Assembly: GCF_001194135.2 (NCBI RefSeq) | Contig: NC_068986.1 | Coordinates: 69,157,954 to 69,204,380, forward strand | DNA: 46,427 nt | Source: Octopus bimaculoides | Taxonomy: Eukaryota | Reading direction: 5' to 3' | Shown here: in pieces, positions 10,765-23,997 of the stretch | Layout of the letters: each line of letters begins with the position of its first letter | How positions within the stretch are numbered: the stretch's first letter is position 1 | The notes under the pieces: generated by a model | The model's input: only the letters and a program-made list of their open reading frames with translations | Databases searched by the model: none | What the model was told of the DNA's origin: nothing | Position numbers and translations under genes: made by a program

Positions 10765-11749
10765 ACAGTAGTATAATATTGATAATCAGCGTAGTTAAGT
10801 TAAATAGAAGCAACATTTTATTGTAATTGTTTAGCTCCAGTGCAGCTCTGATTGAGTATATCTTAGAAAGATTTTCTGTCTGCGATCATCTGTCATCTTT
10901 TCGCTTTCCCGGACGTATGATAACACAAGACTATACTATTCAATATAAGACGGCAAACTATCAGACTTAATAGCACTTTGGATAGTATACATTGCGCTAT
11001 TCGTTCCAGCCATCTGATTTCAAATCCGCTAAGATCAATCTTGCTTTTCGTGGCTTGTAAACAAATTACTAGCCCAGTATTGGGGGTCAATTACCCCCAC
11101 TCTCTGTCTCTTTCTGAAAGAAATCAGATGTGGTCAAGCCTGGAGAGGACTGGGTTACTCCAGGTTTAGATGTTCATAATGTCCCAGGTGTGATGAGAAC
11201 TTTCCTGCGACTGTATCAGAAGCTGAGCGCATCAGGCAAGACCAGGAATTATAGAAAGTATTGTTCGGAAGACCACCATGTAGAGATTCATTCGTTGGTG
11301 CCAGAAGAATGTTATTTAGGGAAGTAGTGAAACAGTGAAGCGTTTAATAGAAGGTCCAGTAATAATTGCTCATTAATTTTCTTATCAACTGTTTAGTTTG
11401 TTCTTCCTTGAGTGGTTGGATCTTGCATTAAATGGAGGTTGGATAATTAACGAATTGTTGCTGTTGAAATAATGAGGATTATAAAACAATCGAAGTGTGA
11501 TAAAGGAAAAAGAAGCGATAATTATTGTTATTTATATAATGACCTTTGGCTTTATTTTATCTGTAAATTCATCTTTGTCTTGGTTATAAAAAAAACGAAC
11601 TGAACACAATTTTGTTCGGTTGTTCGATAAACGATTAGAAATTTCAAACATATTAAAATGTAATTTTGACATGCTTCTGTTTGAAAGTTACCCAATAATT
11701 AGGTTGGCTCATTGTTTCTAACCAAACTGTTTAATAACTTAAGGATTAT

Positions 11750-12115
11750 GATCTTTTATCATTTACTTGTTTCAGACATTGGACTGCGACCATGCTAAGG
11801 CAGCGCCTTGATAAGTTTAGTCGAATAAATTGCCTCCCAGTACTTATTTTTAAGCCTGATACTTGTTCTATTGGTGTGTTTTTACCTAACCTATAAGTTA
11901 CGGGGACGTAAACAAACCAACAGAAGCAGTGGTGTGTGATAAAGACAAGCACAACCAGAAACGCGCTTGCGCGCAAACACATACAAACACACACAAACAA
12001 ACAAACACACACACAAACACGCGCACACATACACTCACGAGACGAGTTTCTTTCAGTTTTCATCTAACAAATCCACTTACAATGTGGTTGGAGAGTAAGC
12101 TTCTTACCACACAAG
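11750..12115 (-). mobile_element. SINE family B copy (internally deleted head)
   Basis: 3' module matches 8905-9110; CA-rich middle; head remnant 12050-12115. Confidence 0.75.
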
Positions 12116-12542
12116 CATTACTTTTTAAAATCTTTCGTCATTGGAGGAGTGAGAAAGTTACTTTTAATTTCTTTGTTGATAATCTGTATACAGACAGAGC
12201 AGTTAATTAAAAGCAACCACACGCGCGCGCGCGCGCGCAAAATATCATCTAAAAGGCTAGATGATAGTTGAAAGCAATTAATGAGAATGTTTCAGAATAC
12301 CAGTTGCACAACAGTTTCTAGGATAGATATTTAGCAAGTTACAAATTCTTGTACTTCTATAGGCGAAGGACAGAGAGTGCATGAAATACAAGTGTACTCG
12401 CTAAAATTATATTTTTGGTGGGGTGCAATCAAAACGCTTTGAACATCCTCTTGAAAAACTTTATTCGAAACAATACTTTTCCATTATTAGATTTATCTGA
12501 TTTACTTGATGTACAAATATAATAATAATCATTATTATACCT

Positions 12543-12753
12543 AAGGTGGCTAGCTGTTTGAATCGTTAGCACGTCGGGCACAATGCTTAGCGGCATTTCG
12601 TCCGTCTTTATGTTCCGAGTTCAAATGTCACCGAAGTCGACTTCCCCCTTCGAGATCGATAAAGAAAAGTACCATTTAAACACTAGGGTCGATGTAATTG
12701 ACTTGACTCCTTGCCCCGAAATTGCTGGCTTTTTGCCAAAATTTCAAACCAAT
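12543..12753 (+). mobile_element. SINE family A copy
   Basis: Head, B box GAGTTCAAATG, partly deleted core, tail CCAAAATTTCAAACCAATA. Confidence 0.8.
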
Positions 12754-12949
12754 AAATGTTATTATACCTGTGTTTGTTTTGATATTAAAATTGAAAAAAA
12801 TTGACCTTGTTTGTAAACAAATTTAGACCTGTGTTTGTACTCCCTAAGAAAATTTTGTTGCCGCACCTATGTGTACTTTATGGGAAGAGTAATGAGAATT
12901 TTTTTTGTACATCTTTTTCCTCAGTATTTGTCAAATAAATAATAAATAA

Positions 12950-13194
12950 ATGCGCCCTTTTAAAACCTAGCCAGGCTCATGGGCCCGGTTTCCCGGTTTC
13001 AGTGGCGTATGTGTTACCAGCTGGACATCGTAGTCCATCACAGCGTTACTCATTTTTGCCAGCTGTGTGGACTGGAGCAACGTGAAATGAAGTGTTTTGC
13101 TCAAGAACACAATGCGTCGCTCAGTCCAGGAATCGAAACCACAATCTTACGATCATGATGCTGACACCCTAACCACTAAGCCACGCGCCTCCAC
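12950..13194 (-). mobile_element. SINE with family C head and a different body/tail
   Basis: Minus: GTGGAGGCGCGTGGCTTAGTGGTTAGGG...GGTTTCGATTCC...TTCTTGAGCAAAACACTT...GCTCCAGTCCACACAGCTG, ending in (TTTA)n. Confidence 0.8.
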
Positions 13195-14639
13195 TCAGTA
13201 TTTGTTGCGTAAAGTATATTAAATTCAAACGCGAATTGAAACTGAGCCGACAATTTTTATTCTTTGAATTGGTCAAAAGAGAAAGAGCAACGTATATGAG
13301 TCATTTGCAAGATTAGCGGAAAGGGAAGAAGAAACCACAGTGGATGTGCCATCTTCAGATTGGAGAACTGGTCTGAATGCTTGCAACGTAGTCGAATCCA
13401 CTAAAGTAAACCAAAGAGCCAGATAGTGATGTTAAACAAATGGATTAAGTGTACCATCCTCAAACAAGGTTTCTACAGTTTCCATACAGTTTTAATTTAT
13501 CCAACGTCACGCACACAACTTGGATCGACTCAGGACTATGATAGAATATGCTTTCTCAAGATGCTACCTTGTGGAGAAGAACCTAGAATGGCTTGATAAC
13601 GCAATGAATTTCTTAATCACATGACTATAACTGCGCTCATATTGGAGTAAATAAAATATTTAATATTAAGCCAGTTGCTGGTTGTCACAACTTCATCTGA
13701 ACTATCACATTATGCAGTATTTCCAAAGTTCAAAACCACTCAGCGTACTCGATTCTTCCCATCTCTCTTAATCCTTTTCACAGACATCCACAAATAGCCA
13801 TACTAAACCCATTACCCACAATCCTTTCTATCTATAACTGCAATCCTGTGGATCCCTTCTCTCAGTTAGGTTTTTTTTTTCAACAAAAACCAACCTGCAT
13901 GTGTTTTAAGTTGAACATGAATTGCATTGAACCTTAGAAGTCTAAAAGTTATCGGAACTCAAAAGTCTATGGATACTGTCCCTCCGTATCAACTTAGAAA
14001 CAAACGGAAAAAATTAGAGATGACTTAAGATGATGTAACATAGTATTGTTAGATTTAACTTTAAATGCATTATGATAAGGAAATATATATTGTCTATGTA
14101 AAACAGACTTATCGAATTCACATCAATATGGGGAGAACTTACATTAAAAGCTCATCCAAGCAAAATCAATATAATGAGAATTTATATTACAGATCTGCCA
14201 AACCCATGTCAATCTAGTAAGATCAACATTAATTCAATTATTAGTATGAATGAAAATAAATAGCTTTGACTTTTATTTTAATTTTAATTTTTTTATTTTT
14301 AAATTATTTTTTTACTTATTTTCAAGTTGAAATTCTTCTGTTTCTCTTCCTAAAATACAGCTTGAAGACTGATTCTATTTCTGTTTTACATATGTTCACG
14401 TCTGTACTCCGTATTTCTTTGTGTGTAACAACAGTGTAATTGTGATAGTAGGTAATGTTTCTGCAATTCGGACTCGGCCATGCAAACGCATGATCCAGAC
14501 AATACAAAATGCTTTCATGCAGATCCGATGGCGATGATCTCTCATCGAATCGAGTTTTCAGTTTGAATTTAATTTCAATTTGAAATTTTAGCGCTACTAA
14601 TTCATTTAAAGAATGAACTTATAAACACCAGCAAGGCTG

Positions 14640-15030
14640 TTTGGTTCAGAAGCTCATTTTGCAACCGGGTGTTTTAGGGCTTAGTGTGATACCTCGGGCA
14701 AGTGTCTTCTGTTATAGCCCTGGGCTGACTAATATCTGGTGAATATATTTGGTAGCTGGAAACTGTGTGGAGGGCATCGCGTGTATATATCTGTGCGTGT
14801 CTTTGTGTCTGTGTTTGTCATTTCCCGTCACAGTTTGACAACCGGTGTTGGTTTGTTTACGTCCCCGTAACAAGCAATTCGGCAAAAGAAGTCGGTAGAA
14901 TAAGTACTAGCTTTAAAAGGTGAACATAAATACTAGTGCTGATTTGTTCGACTAAAACCCTTTATGGCGATGCCTCAGCATCGCCGCGGAAAAATGACTT
15001 GAAATAAGTAAACGTTAAAAGATAATGATA
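14640..15030 (+). mobile_element. SINE family B copy (diverged)
   Basis: ACCTCGGGCAAGTGTCTTCT core followed by the 3' module seen at 8905-9110. Confidence 0.75.
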
Positions 15031-15107
15031 ACAACTTCGCATTTCCTGTTCACTAACATCATATTTTACTTTAAACCAACATAATAAAATATAACTTAGA
15101 AGGAGTG

Positions 15108-15319
15108 TATATTGATTTCCACTTTTTGCCACAAAGGCAGCTTAGTGGAGGGGATTAAGTCGATCATATCGACTCCAGTGCGTAACTGATACTTATTTAA
15201 TCGAAAGGATAAAAGGCGAAGTCGACCTCGACGAAATTTGAACTCGGAACGTAGTAGTAGACGATGTACCGCTAAGCATTTCGCCCGGAGTGGTGACGAT
15301 TCTGCCAGATCGCTGCCTT
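15108..15319 (-). mobile_element. SINE family A copy
   Basis: Head, core and tail align with the other family A copies. Confidence 0.8.
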
Positions 15320-16603
15320 TAGAAGGGCTAAATAATAATATGGCATAAGTCGAAAATGAACTCTTGCTAATACGAATGTGACCGAGTTGAATATGTCGGT
15401 TGAAAACATTTCATCCTCCTTCAAGAAAAAATACGAACATCTTTTTTTATTTCACTATAATTTGAAACTTTAATGGCAAGTAAAAGAAAACAGCTGTAAG
15501 CTATAGAAGTCCCCAAAATAATTGTTTATTCCTTTGTCATGTTATTTTCTTATTACTGCTGTGTACTCGACTAACGCTTCGTTCTGAAGCACATTTATAC
15601 TGAGTTCTACACGAGGTTATAAGTCTTTCAGTTCCTAAGCGAAATATTAAATAGCAAGGAAGGATATAACTTTGAAAATTTGATAAATATTTATAGATTA
15701 ATTTGTCAACTAAACTTTAACTAAAGCTGATCAAAATCGACAGAGCGAACAGAACAGGAATCAATGACAATATAATTATATTATTTGAATAAAACATAAT
15801 AACGTCAAGTTTACATTACAATACTTTATTTTCGGTTTCATATCTTTCTGTTGGAAAGAAATAATGAAAACATCTAAAAGTATGATGACAATCGATTCAA
15901 TCGGTGTCGGATGAATTGACTGATCTCAGTGAACCTATCAGCTGATCCTATCCTTGTGCACAAATATGTGCACAAATATGTGGCTTTTGTATTTTAGAAA
16001 GAAATCACCATTAATATTGATATAGCGAATGATGTTGAATAAGTTATGATAGTGTTCAGCCGTCGTATTTCGATTTCAGTTCACTTATGGCGTCACATTA
16101 CTTCAGTAAGTAACATCGACAATGCTCTTTCAAAAAGCATGAACTTCACAACTTACCATTTTCTAATTCTCTAAAATGACAGTAGAGTGGAGCTTTATGC
16201 AAATTGAAAGATAATTAATAAAATGTGACTAAAAAGGGTTGATAATTTGGAAGAGAAAGCAGAGTTACAGATTAAATACCTTCCACAGTTTAATCACGGT
16301 TGTCTTTGACTTTTGCCTTTCATCTTAAAGTATGTTACCTGTTCATGAATATTAGTAACATATATAGGACAGGATATTATTTATTCGAATACCGTATAAA
16401 GTACAGGAGACTTGTGTTTTACAGAAAAACAAGAAAGGAAAAGGAAAACAACATTATTAAAAGATAAATATATTTCTTTTCACTTCAATTACAATTATGT
16501 GAGCAGTATAACGTGTATTTCTTTAAATATGCATAAATTCCTGAACTACTCGTAAAAATGAATGTTAATGATACAGAGTAATCAATTTTAGTATATTCTA
16601 ACA

Positions 16604-17090
16604 CAGTGGTTCTTAAACGGGGTAGTTTCGCCTCTTTGGGGGTGTTGTGAGCTGACAAAGGAAACATTATGGCGGTCACCGGGTGTTTAGTGAGGTCGAG
16701 ATTTTTCTTAGGAATGATATATTTAAATCAAGTACGACACTTATAATTTGACCACATTTTCAAAAAGAAGCATATTTGTAGCAATAAATATTGTTGTCAG
16801 TCAGCAGAGATAGGATATTGCGGGAGCGTTTTCAAAACATTGTTCGGTGAAAAGCGGTGCTGAGTCCTACTGTTCAAATATATCTATTTTCATAGATCTC
16901 ATTATATTTTATTTATATAAAACCATATTATATAACGCTGAATCCGAGGTTTCAAGACTTTCCCTGTTTTGTACAAAGGAATATTATTATCACAGATTTG
17001 TTGCCAAACATCTGACTTTTTTTCGTTGTATCTTGGGAGGGTCGTTACGCCAATAATAATTTGTTTCAACACACGATTTCACGTTAAGAA
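16604..17090. mobile_element. Possible decayed hAT MITE
   Basis: Left end CAGTGGTTCTTAAAC resembles the 8469 TIR; right end only weakly suggested (GTTAAGAATCTTG near 17083); no TSD seen. Confidence 0.35.
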
Positions 17091-18384
17091 TCTTGCAAAT
17101 CAAATACAGAATCTACATTCTTGTTCATATGAAAAAGCAGATCGAAGCGATAGAGTGAATGTCTAAAATTTCCTGGGTAGTATCAACATAGGGTAGCAAG
17201 TGGAGCAAAGCAGAATAAACTTTTGGTTGAGTTTCCATTTGCTTAAATCCAGATATTTAAGTACTGAATTAATTCCCTAAAGCCTTCCTTTTCAGATAAA
17301 GTTTCTAGCATTAGCACCAAAACTTATAAGGACTATGCTCTTTGCTGTGATCTCCTATGCATTTTTATTCTGACCATCAAAATGCAAGCGCGTAGAATTG
17401 CTCATGTTTGAAACCTTCATTAATATTAAAAAAAAAAAAAAATTATCGAATATTCAAATCTTTGCGCATGCGTTTCTAACTGATAAACACGATACAGATG
17501 TCAAAATCAGTAGTCAAGAAATAAAGGTTTTGTTTCTTCTACATTTTCTTTAATCAACAAACATTCGAAATTATATTTGGAAAGAATGGTTCAAATGGTT
17601 TACCTGCGTGATGTAAAAAGTCGACAGCAATCCTGTCATAAAATGACATGCTTTGGGAAAGTAATTCCAAAGAAATAATGGAGATCAATAACTTCAGCTA
17701 TGTAATGCTGTATTACCATAAATTCTATAAACATCTAATTACAATGTAAAATCTGCGTGCTGCAATTTCACAATTTATTTGCAGTTTGGAAACTATAGCA
17801 CGGAAATGAAGCTTATTATCTCTACCTTAAAACAAAATCTAAATAACCTTTCCTACGCTGCATTTTAATGACTAAGCAACACCGACTTCTAATTAGCGCG
17901 GCAGGGAATATATCCAAACTTGAGATGTAATATTTTTCCTGATTTAGTTAATATTCTATTAATGTTCTGGAAGTTCTCCTCATAAGCAATGGAGGTGTTC
18001 CGCTTCTGCATCCCAAAAGAGCTCATATAGCGATATATAACCTCTGTTCCAAAATGATAAATGGTTGAAATACAAATCTAGACAACTGGACGTCAGTTTT
18101 AATAGGGTAGCATTATCTGGTGCTATGATGCCAGCATCTGTATGTAGGTGAATTTAAGTTTATAGAATCACACATAATGCCCAGATATTCTATAAAATTC
18201 TTTCTCTCTTACTGCTGAAGGCATATAAAAGAATAAACCTGCACTGTATTATCTTAGCTAGTATATCCCTAATAGTTACAACAGATGATTTACAAAAGCC
18301 AAAGGAGCCTCTTTGCTAAAAGTACAATAAAACAACTGTCTGCTATCTTAAAAATGATATTCGATAATGTAGATATAATAATGT

Positions 18385-18712
18385 GAAGGAACGTGGTCCA
18401 GTGGTTAGGGTGTTGTACTCACTATCGTAAGATCGTGGTTTCGATTCCCGGATTGAGCGATGCCTTGAGTTCTTATGCAGAACATTATATCACGTTTCTT
18501 TGACACACTGTGCATCTGTACAGGCAATGTCGATTTGATGGAAGGAGTGAGCTAATGTACAGTACAAACATTCGATCACTACAAACAAATCATCTGTGCA
18601 GGTTGTTTAGCAAGAAATCTCAGAATGTTCACAATATGATAGTATAATACAAGAGACACTAATCCTGAAAATAAAATGGGTTTGGTCACGGTATAGGAAC
18701 GTCTTTGAAAAT
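18385..18712 (+). mobile_element. SINE with family C-like head and a third body type
   Basis: GGAACGTGGTCCAGTGGTTAGGG...GGTTTCGATTCCC head. Body weakly resembles 34700-34912. Confidence 0.65.
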
Positions 18713-19164
18713 AGTTATACTTGAAGCTAAAAAGAACAAGGAATTACTGTTAGTTTGTAAAACTCATATTATAATATTCGTATTTAATAAAATGCCTGTT
18801 ATGTAAGGTTGGACTTTCCAATGCAATTATATCTGTGACACTGAAAATGCTGAGAGAAATTTTTACAAGTGTATTGGAACAGAGATTTTTGTTTTCAATG
18901 GCATAATTTTGTTTGAACTTGTAAAATTGGAATGTTAAATATAGACGGTGTGTAAGAGTTTGGAGTTTGTATGAGGTTTAAATGTACACATATGAAGTAA
19001 CAGTAACCAAAGACAAAACGAAAAAGAAAGAAACCAAGCAAAATTAAATTGTAGTATCTACGACTATATTGAACCGCTGGTTCTGCAGTTCTTATTCGCC
19101 CCAGTAATTACTATTTAATAACATGTTAATACAATTGGAATATGAATTCTGATGAACGCACACG

Positions 19165-19277
<113 letters not shown>

Positions 19278-19422
19278 TGAACACTTGTATCTGCAAACAT
19301 GAAAAGTGTGTATACTTTATTTGGACTTGAAGCTCTTGAATCGTAACACTAAATTTCCCGTTTCGCGTTACATACATACATACATACATACACACACACA
19401 CATACACACATACATACATACG

Positions 19423-19456
<34 letters not shown>

Positions 19457-21225
19457 CATATGTGCAGACAAATATACTGCTAACACGCACATACGCACAT
19501 ATATTGATTGATTAATTGACTGATGATTGATTTTTATGTTTGTAGGTTCATTTATTTGTTTATGATCAACAAGGACTTACACGATACACGCATAGACACG
19601 TAAATGTAGTATTAAACTCACACATACATTAAATTAGTGTTCATACTACATATTATATATATACACACACCTATATACGTTCATTTATGTGCGTGTGCAT
19701 GTGAGCATGTGTCTATATGATATATGTGTGTGCGTATATGTATNNNNNNNNNNNNNNNNNNNNNNNNNNNNNNNNNNNNNNNNNNNNNNNNNNNNNNNNN
19801 NNNNNNNNNNNNNNNNNNNNNNNNNNNNNNNNNNNNNNNNNNNNNNNNNNNNNNNNNNNNNNNNNNNNNNNNNNNNNNNNNNNNNNNNNNNNNNNNNNNN
19901 NNNNNNNNNNNNNNNNNNNNNNNNNNNNNNNNNNNNNNNNNNNNNNNNNNNNNNNNNNNNNNNNNNNNNNNNNNNNNNNNNNNNNNNNNNNNNNNNNNNN
20001 NNNNNNNNNNNNNNNNNNNNNNNNNNNNNNNNNNNNNNNNNNNNNNNNNNNNNNNNNNNNNNNNNNNNNNNNNNNNNNNNNNNNNNNNNNNNNNNNNNNN
20101 NNNNNNNNNNNNNNNNNNNNNNNNNNNNNNNNNNNNNNNNNNNNNNNNNNNNNNNNNNNNNNNNNNNNNNNNNNNNNNNNNNNNNNNNNNNNNNNNNNNN
20201 NNNNNNNNNNNNNNNNNNNNNNNNNNNNNNNNNNNNNNNNNNNNNNNNNNNNNNNNNNNNNNNNNNNNNNNNNNNNNNNNNNNNNNNNNNNNNNNNNNNN
20301 NNNNNNNNNNNNNNNNNNNNNNNNNNNNNNNNNATATATATATATATATATATACATACATATATGTACAGATACACACATACAAACATACATACTCGAA
20401 GATATATATGTGTGGGTGGAAGGAGAGAAAAAGAAAGAGAGAAAGTGAGAAGGAAAAGGAGAAGGAGAGTGACAGACAGAGGGGGATAAAGAGTGAGATT
20501 GAAGGAGAAAGAGAAAGTGAAAGTGAGAATGAGAGAGATAGAGAAAAGGGTGGGGCATTACTTACCTTCAATTTTCGATGACTATGATATTTTCAATCAT
20601 AATCCTAATTAGAACTTTGATTGTATGTTGCCTGCAAGTCTGAAGCAGTGTGAATTGGAGAGAAAATTACTGAATCTTCGCTGACATTTTTACTATCTCT
20701 ATTATCAATTATATAATGTTGCCTGAATACCAGAAACTTTAATTAGTTCTCTCCTCCTTACCCACAATATTTCCGGCAATTACTGCAACAGAATTTTACA
20801 CGTCGTTTCTCATTAGCTTCTCTTACTTTCCACTTCTTCCAATCAAGCATATACATTGCTTGACATGGCTATTGTTATCCTCCTTCCAACTTTCTAGTAA
20901 ACAATTAGCTTTATATTTTTGTTGGAAACTTTTCATAGAAACTGATATACTACGTTTCAAAGTATCACTTTAAAGTTACTTATATTGTGAATAAGGCATA
21001 TTCTTTTGGTAATGTTCATGTTTTGCAGAGCAGAGGTGTACTCCTTTGAATCTGCTTCATTATAAAACTGATTCATACGTAAATATATAGATGCATACAT
21101 AAATACACTCATACGTACATGCATACACAGACACACGTATACATTCACATACACACATGTAGGTATAAGTATGTGTGAGTATATATAAATGTATATCAGT
21201 ATGTTTTTATACATATGTGTATATA

Positions 21226-21617
21226 TCCTTTTCTACTCTAGGTACAAAGCCCGAAATTTTGGGGGAGAGGGCCAGTAGATAAATTAAGTATGCAACTGGT
21301 ACTTAATTTATCGACCCCGAAGGGCGAATGGCAAAGTCAACCTCGGGGGAATTTGAACTCTGAATGTAATGACAGACGAAATATCGCTAAGCATTTCACC
21401 CGGCGTGCTAACGTTTCTTATTTCTTATTTCTTTATTGCCCACAAGGGGTTAAACATAGAGGGGACAAACAAGGACAGACAAAGGGATTAAATCGATTAT
21501 ATCGACCCCAGTGCGTAACTGGTACTTAATTTATCGACCCCGAAAGGATGAACGGCAAAGTCGACCTCGATGGAATTTGAACTCAGAACACAACGTGTTC
21601 TGCCAGCTCGCCGCCTT
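21226..21617 (-). mobile_element. Family A SINE dimer
   Basis: Two monomers joined at GCTAACGTTTCT/TATTTC (21407-21430), the same junction as at 2834-2850 and 3051-3070. Confidence 0.85.
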
Positions 21618-22900
21618 CATATGTGTATATATCGTTAACGAAAAGCAAAATCTACGTTTGTGTGACTCTATGTCCACAAGTTTAATATCTCTCAAATTGA
21701 GTAATGTTATATTAGTTTAAAAGTCACAAATTTATTGGAGAGAAGGATATAATGTTGAGCTATTTATAAGCTATTCATGAACACATAAGAAATGCAAGAA
21801 AGTCAAGTGAAATAGTAACCTAGACTTAGTTTTACCTCGGTTATACACGTCGTTCGTATTTTCATATAAAACGACCTTTCTATCTGAAATAGTAAAGAAA
21901 AAATGTTTTATCTTGATATTTGAAAAGTATTAACATATTCTCTTTACTCGAATTAAATTTAAGTTTACTGCAATTTAAAGACGTGATACAATTCAAGCTT
22001 AAAGGCCTTTTTATACAAATCTTAAGAAAAGTTGAGTGCTTTTCAAATAGTTGTACCGATCCAGTTTTGATTTAAAAATTAATACATCATATTCACAAAA
22101 ATATTTTCTCTTACACACAAGACTTTGCTACAAATCATTGTAACTAACGTTCAATCTTTCATGGTAAAATCAAACATTCAAGAAATGTTGCTTTCCCTTC
22201 CATCCAAAATTACCTACTTTATATTCTCACTCAAAAAAATCTTTATTCACACCTCATAAATTAATGTTTCTACATCTAAGGAAATATTTTCTTTCAACGT
22301 CGAAAATATTTGGTTTCGAGAAAACACAAGCTGTTAATATTATGGAAGAAATGCTGCCTGTTGTGTTATTTTGATTCCTCTAGTGTTATAGCGATTACTA
22401 ATCTTACTCTATCAATTCACCTTTTCCTTTTTACAGCTTGCTCCTGACTAATAGTTTTCAGCGTACTCATAAATTACTGAAGATCTGGATCTTAACCATT
22501 GAATATTTTCCATGAAATTACCAATTAAAATTGCGGTATTAGGGATTTTTATATTGTGACCAACGTTTCAACTAAATAATTCTTAACGTGAAAGATGGAG
22601 GTTTGCTTTGCAACAAGCTGTTTGATGTTAAAATGAGATTATTATCTCTAGCGCTTTCTGTTATTCAAACATCTGCTGATGTATTCTGAGAAAACGTAAC
22701 ACTAAAGTATTCCTGTGCAGAACCCTCCTCCTTCCCACAAGGACCAAAAGCGACCAACTTTACATGTGCTATAAAAAAATTCTTCTCTTTATAAGACATA
22801 TGAATAAATCAAAAATCATTTGAACTAAGGTAAAATCCAGGATCCCTAGTAACTTAAATGTTCGTGAAAAATGAGCACTTCTCATTCCCTTCATGGATGG

Positions 22901-22961
<61 letters not shown>

Positions 22962-22965
<4 letters not shown>

Positions 22966-23736
22966 GTGCGGTGAATAAATTGTCGTCTAAATTACGCGAA
23001 AAATGAAAATAACACTGACATCTCATTTTAACAGATATATTTACCAAAATTACATCTTGATATACTAAAGAATAACTTTATTCAATAAAATTGCCATTGG
23101 CACACAGCCTTCAAGCGACTTAAAACCTCCTGCAACTCTTCTGGATGGTCTCCTTGTTTAAGTTGGTGAATGCTGCCATAATCCTTGCCTTAAGTTCATC
23201 TTTGGAGTTACAAGGAATTTTGTTGCTCTCTCGCTCAACTGCGCTCCACACATTATAATCAAGGAGGTTGCAGTCTGGGGAGTTAGGTGGCCAATGTTAG
23301 GAGTGATGTGGTCGCAGAAATTGTCTGACAGCCATGATGGGGTTCTCTTGCTTGCGTGGCATGATGGAGAATCCTATTGCCAGCCACCCTCTTGACCCAG
23401 AGCAGCACTACCTCCTCCAGCAGGCACTTGATGTAGGCCACCGTGTTGAGTCTGAGGCCGTGTGGGAAGATGAATGGAGGCATATCGCCATCACTAGTGA
23501 TCACTCCAAATACCATGATGTTGACTGGATGTTTGATTTTTATCACTCTCGGTACATGTCCTCAGATTGGACTGTCCTCCGATTGACACCCAAACACTCA
23601 GAAATGTTCGTACTGGAGCTTCCGGTGCGAATGTCAAGCAGTACAGCATGTCGTTTCCAAATTTCTGGCAAAGTGAATTGCATCATGGTACTGTTTTTCT
23701 CATAGACGGTGCCCAACTGAATCTACAATACTATGT
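22962..23736 (-). mobile_element. Internally deleted mariner/maT-like (DD37D) transposon
   Basis: Frameshifted transposase: MMQFTLPEIWKRHAVLL...VNRRTVQ joined to DVPRVIKIKHPVNIMVFGVITSDG...Q*DSPSCHASKRTPSWLSDNFCDHITPNI-WPPNSPDCNLLDY. Hand count gives 37 residues between the second and third Asp. One TIR at 22962 (CAGGGTGCGGTGAATAAATTGTCG); the other end runs into a gap. Confidence 0.85.
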
Positions 23737-23997
23737 NNNNNNNNNNNNNNNNNNNNNNNNNNNNNNNNNNNNNNNNNNNNNNNNNNNNNNNNNNNNNNNN
23801 NNNNNNNNNNNNNNNNNNNNNNNNNNNNNNNNNNNNNNNNNNNNNNNNNNNNNNNNNNNNNNNNNNNNNNNNNNNNNNNNNNNNNNNNNNNNNNNNNNNN
23901 NNNNNNNNNNNNNNNNNNNNNNNNNNNNNNNNNNNNNNNNNNNNNNNNNNNNNNNNNNNNNNNNNNNNNNNNNNNNNNNNNNNNNNNNNATATATAT

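Noticed and set aside
15998-16105. Plus-strand 108-nt exon candidate with good splice sites
   Set aside because: Stop codons in all three frames and no supporting context.
19681-20581. Long ORFs (also 451-951, 23567-24130, 25448-26377, 38293-39255)
   Set aside because: They consist of X from N-gaps and microsatellite dipeptides.
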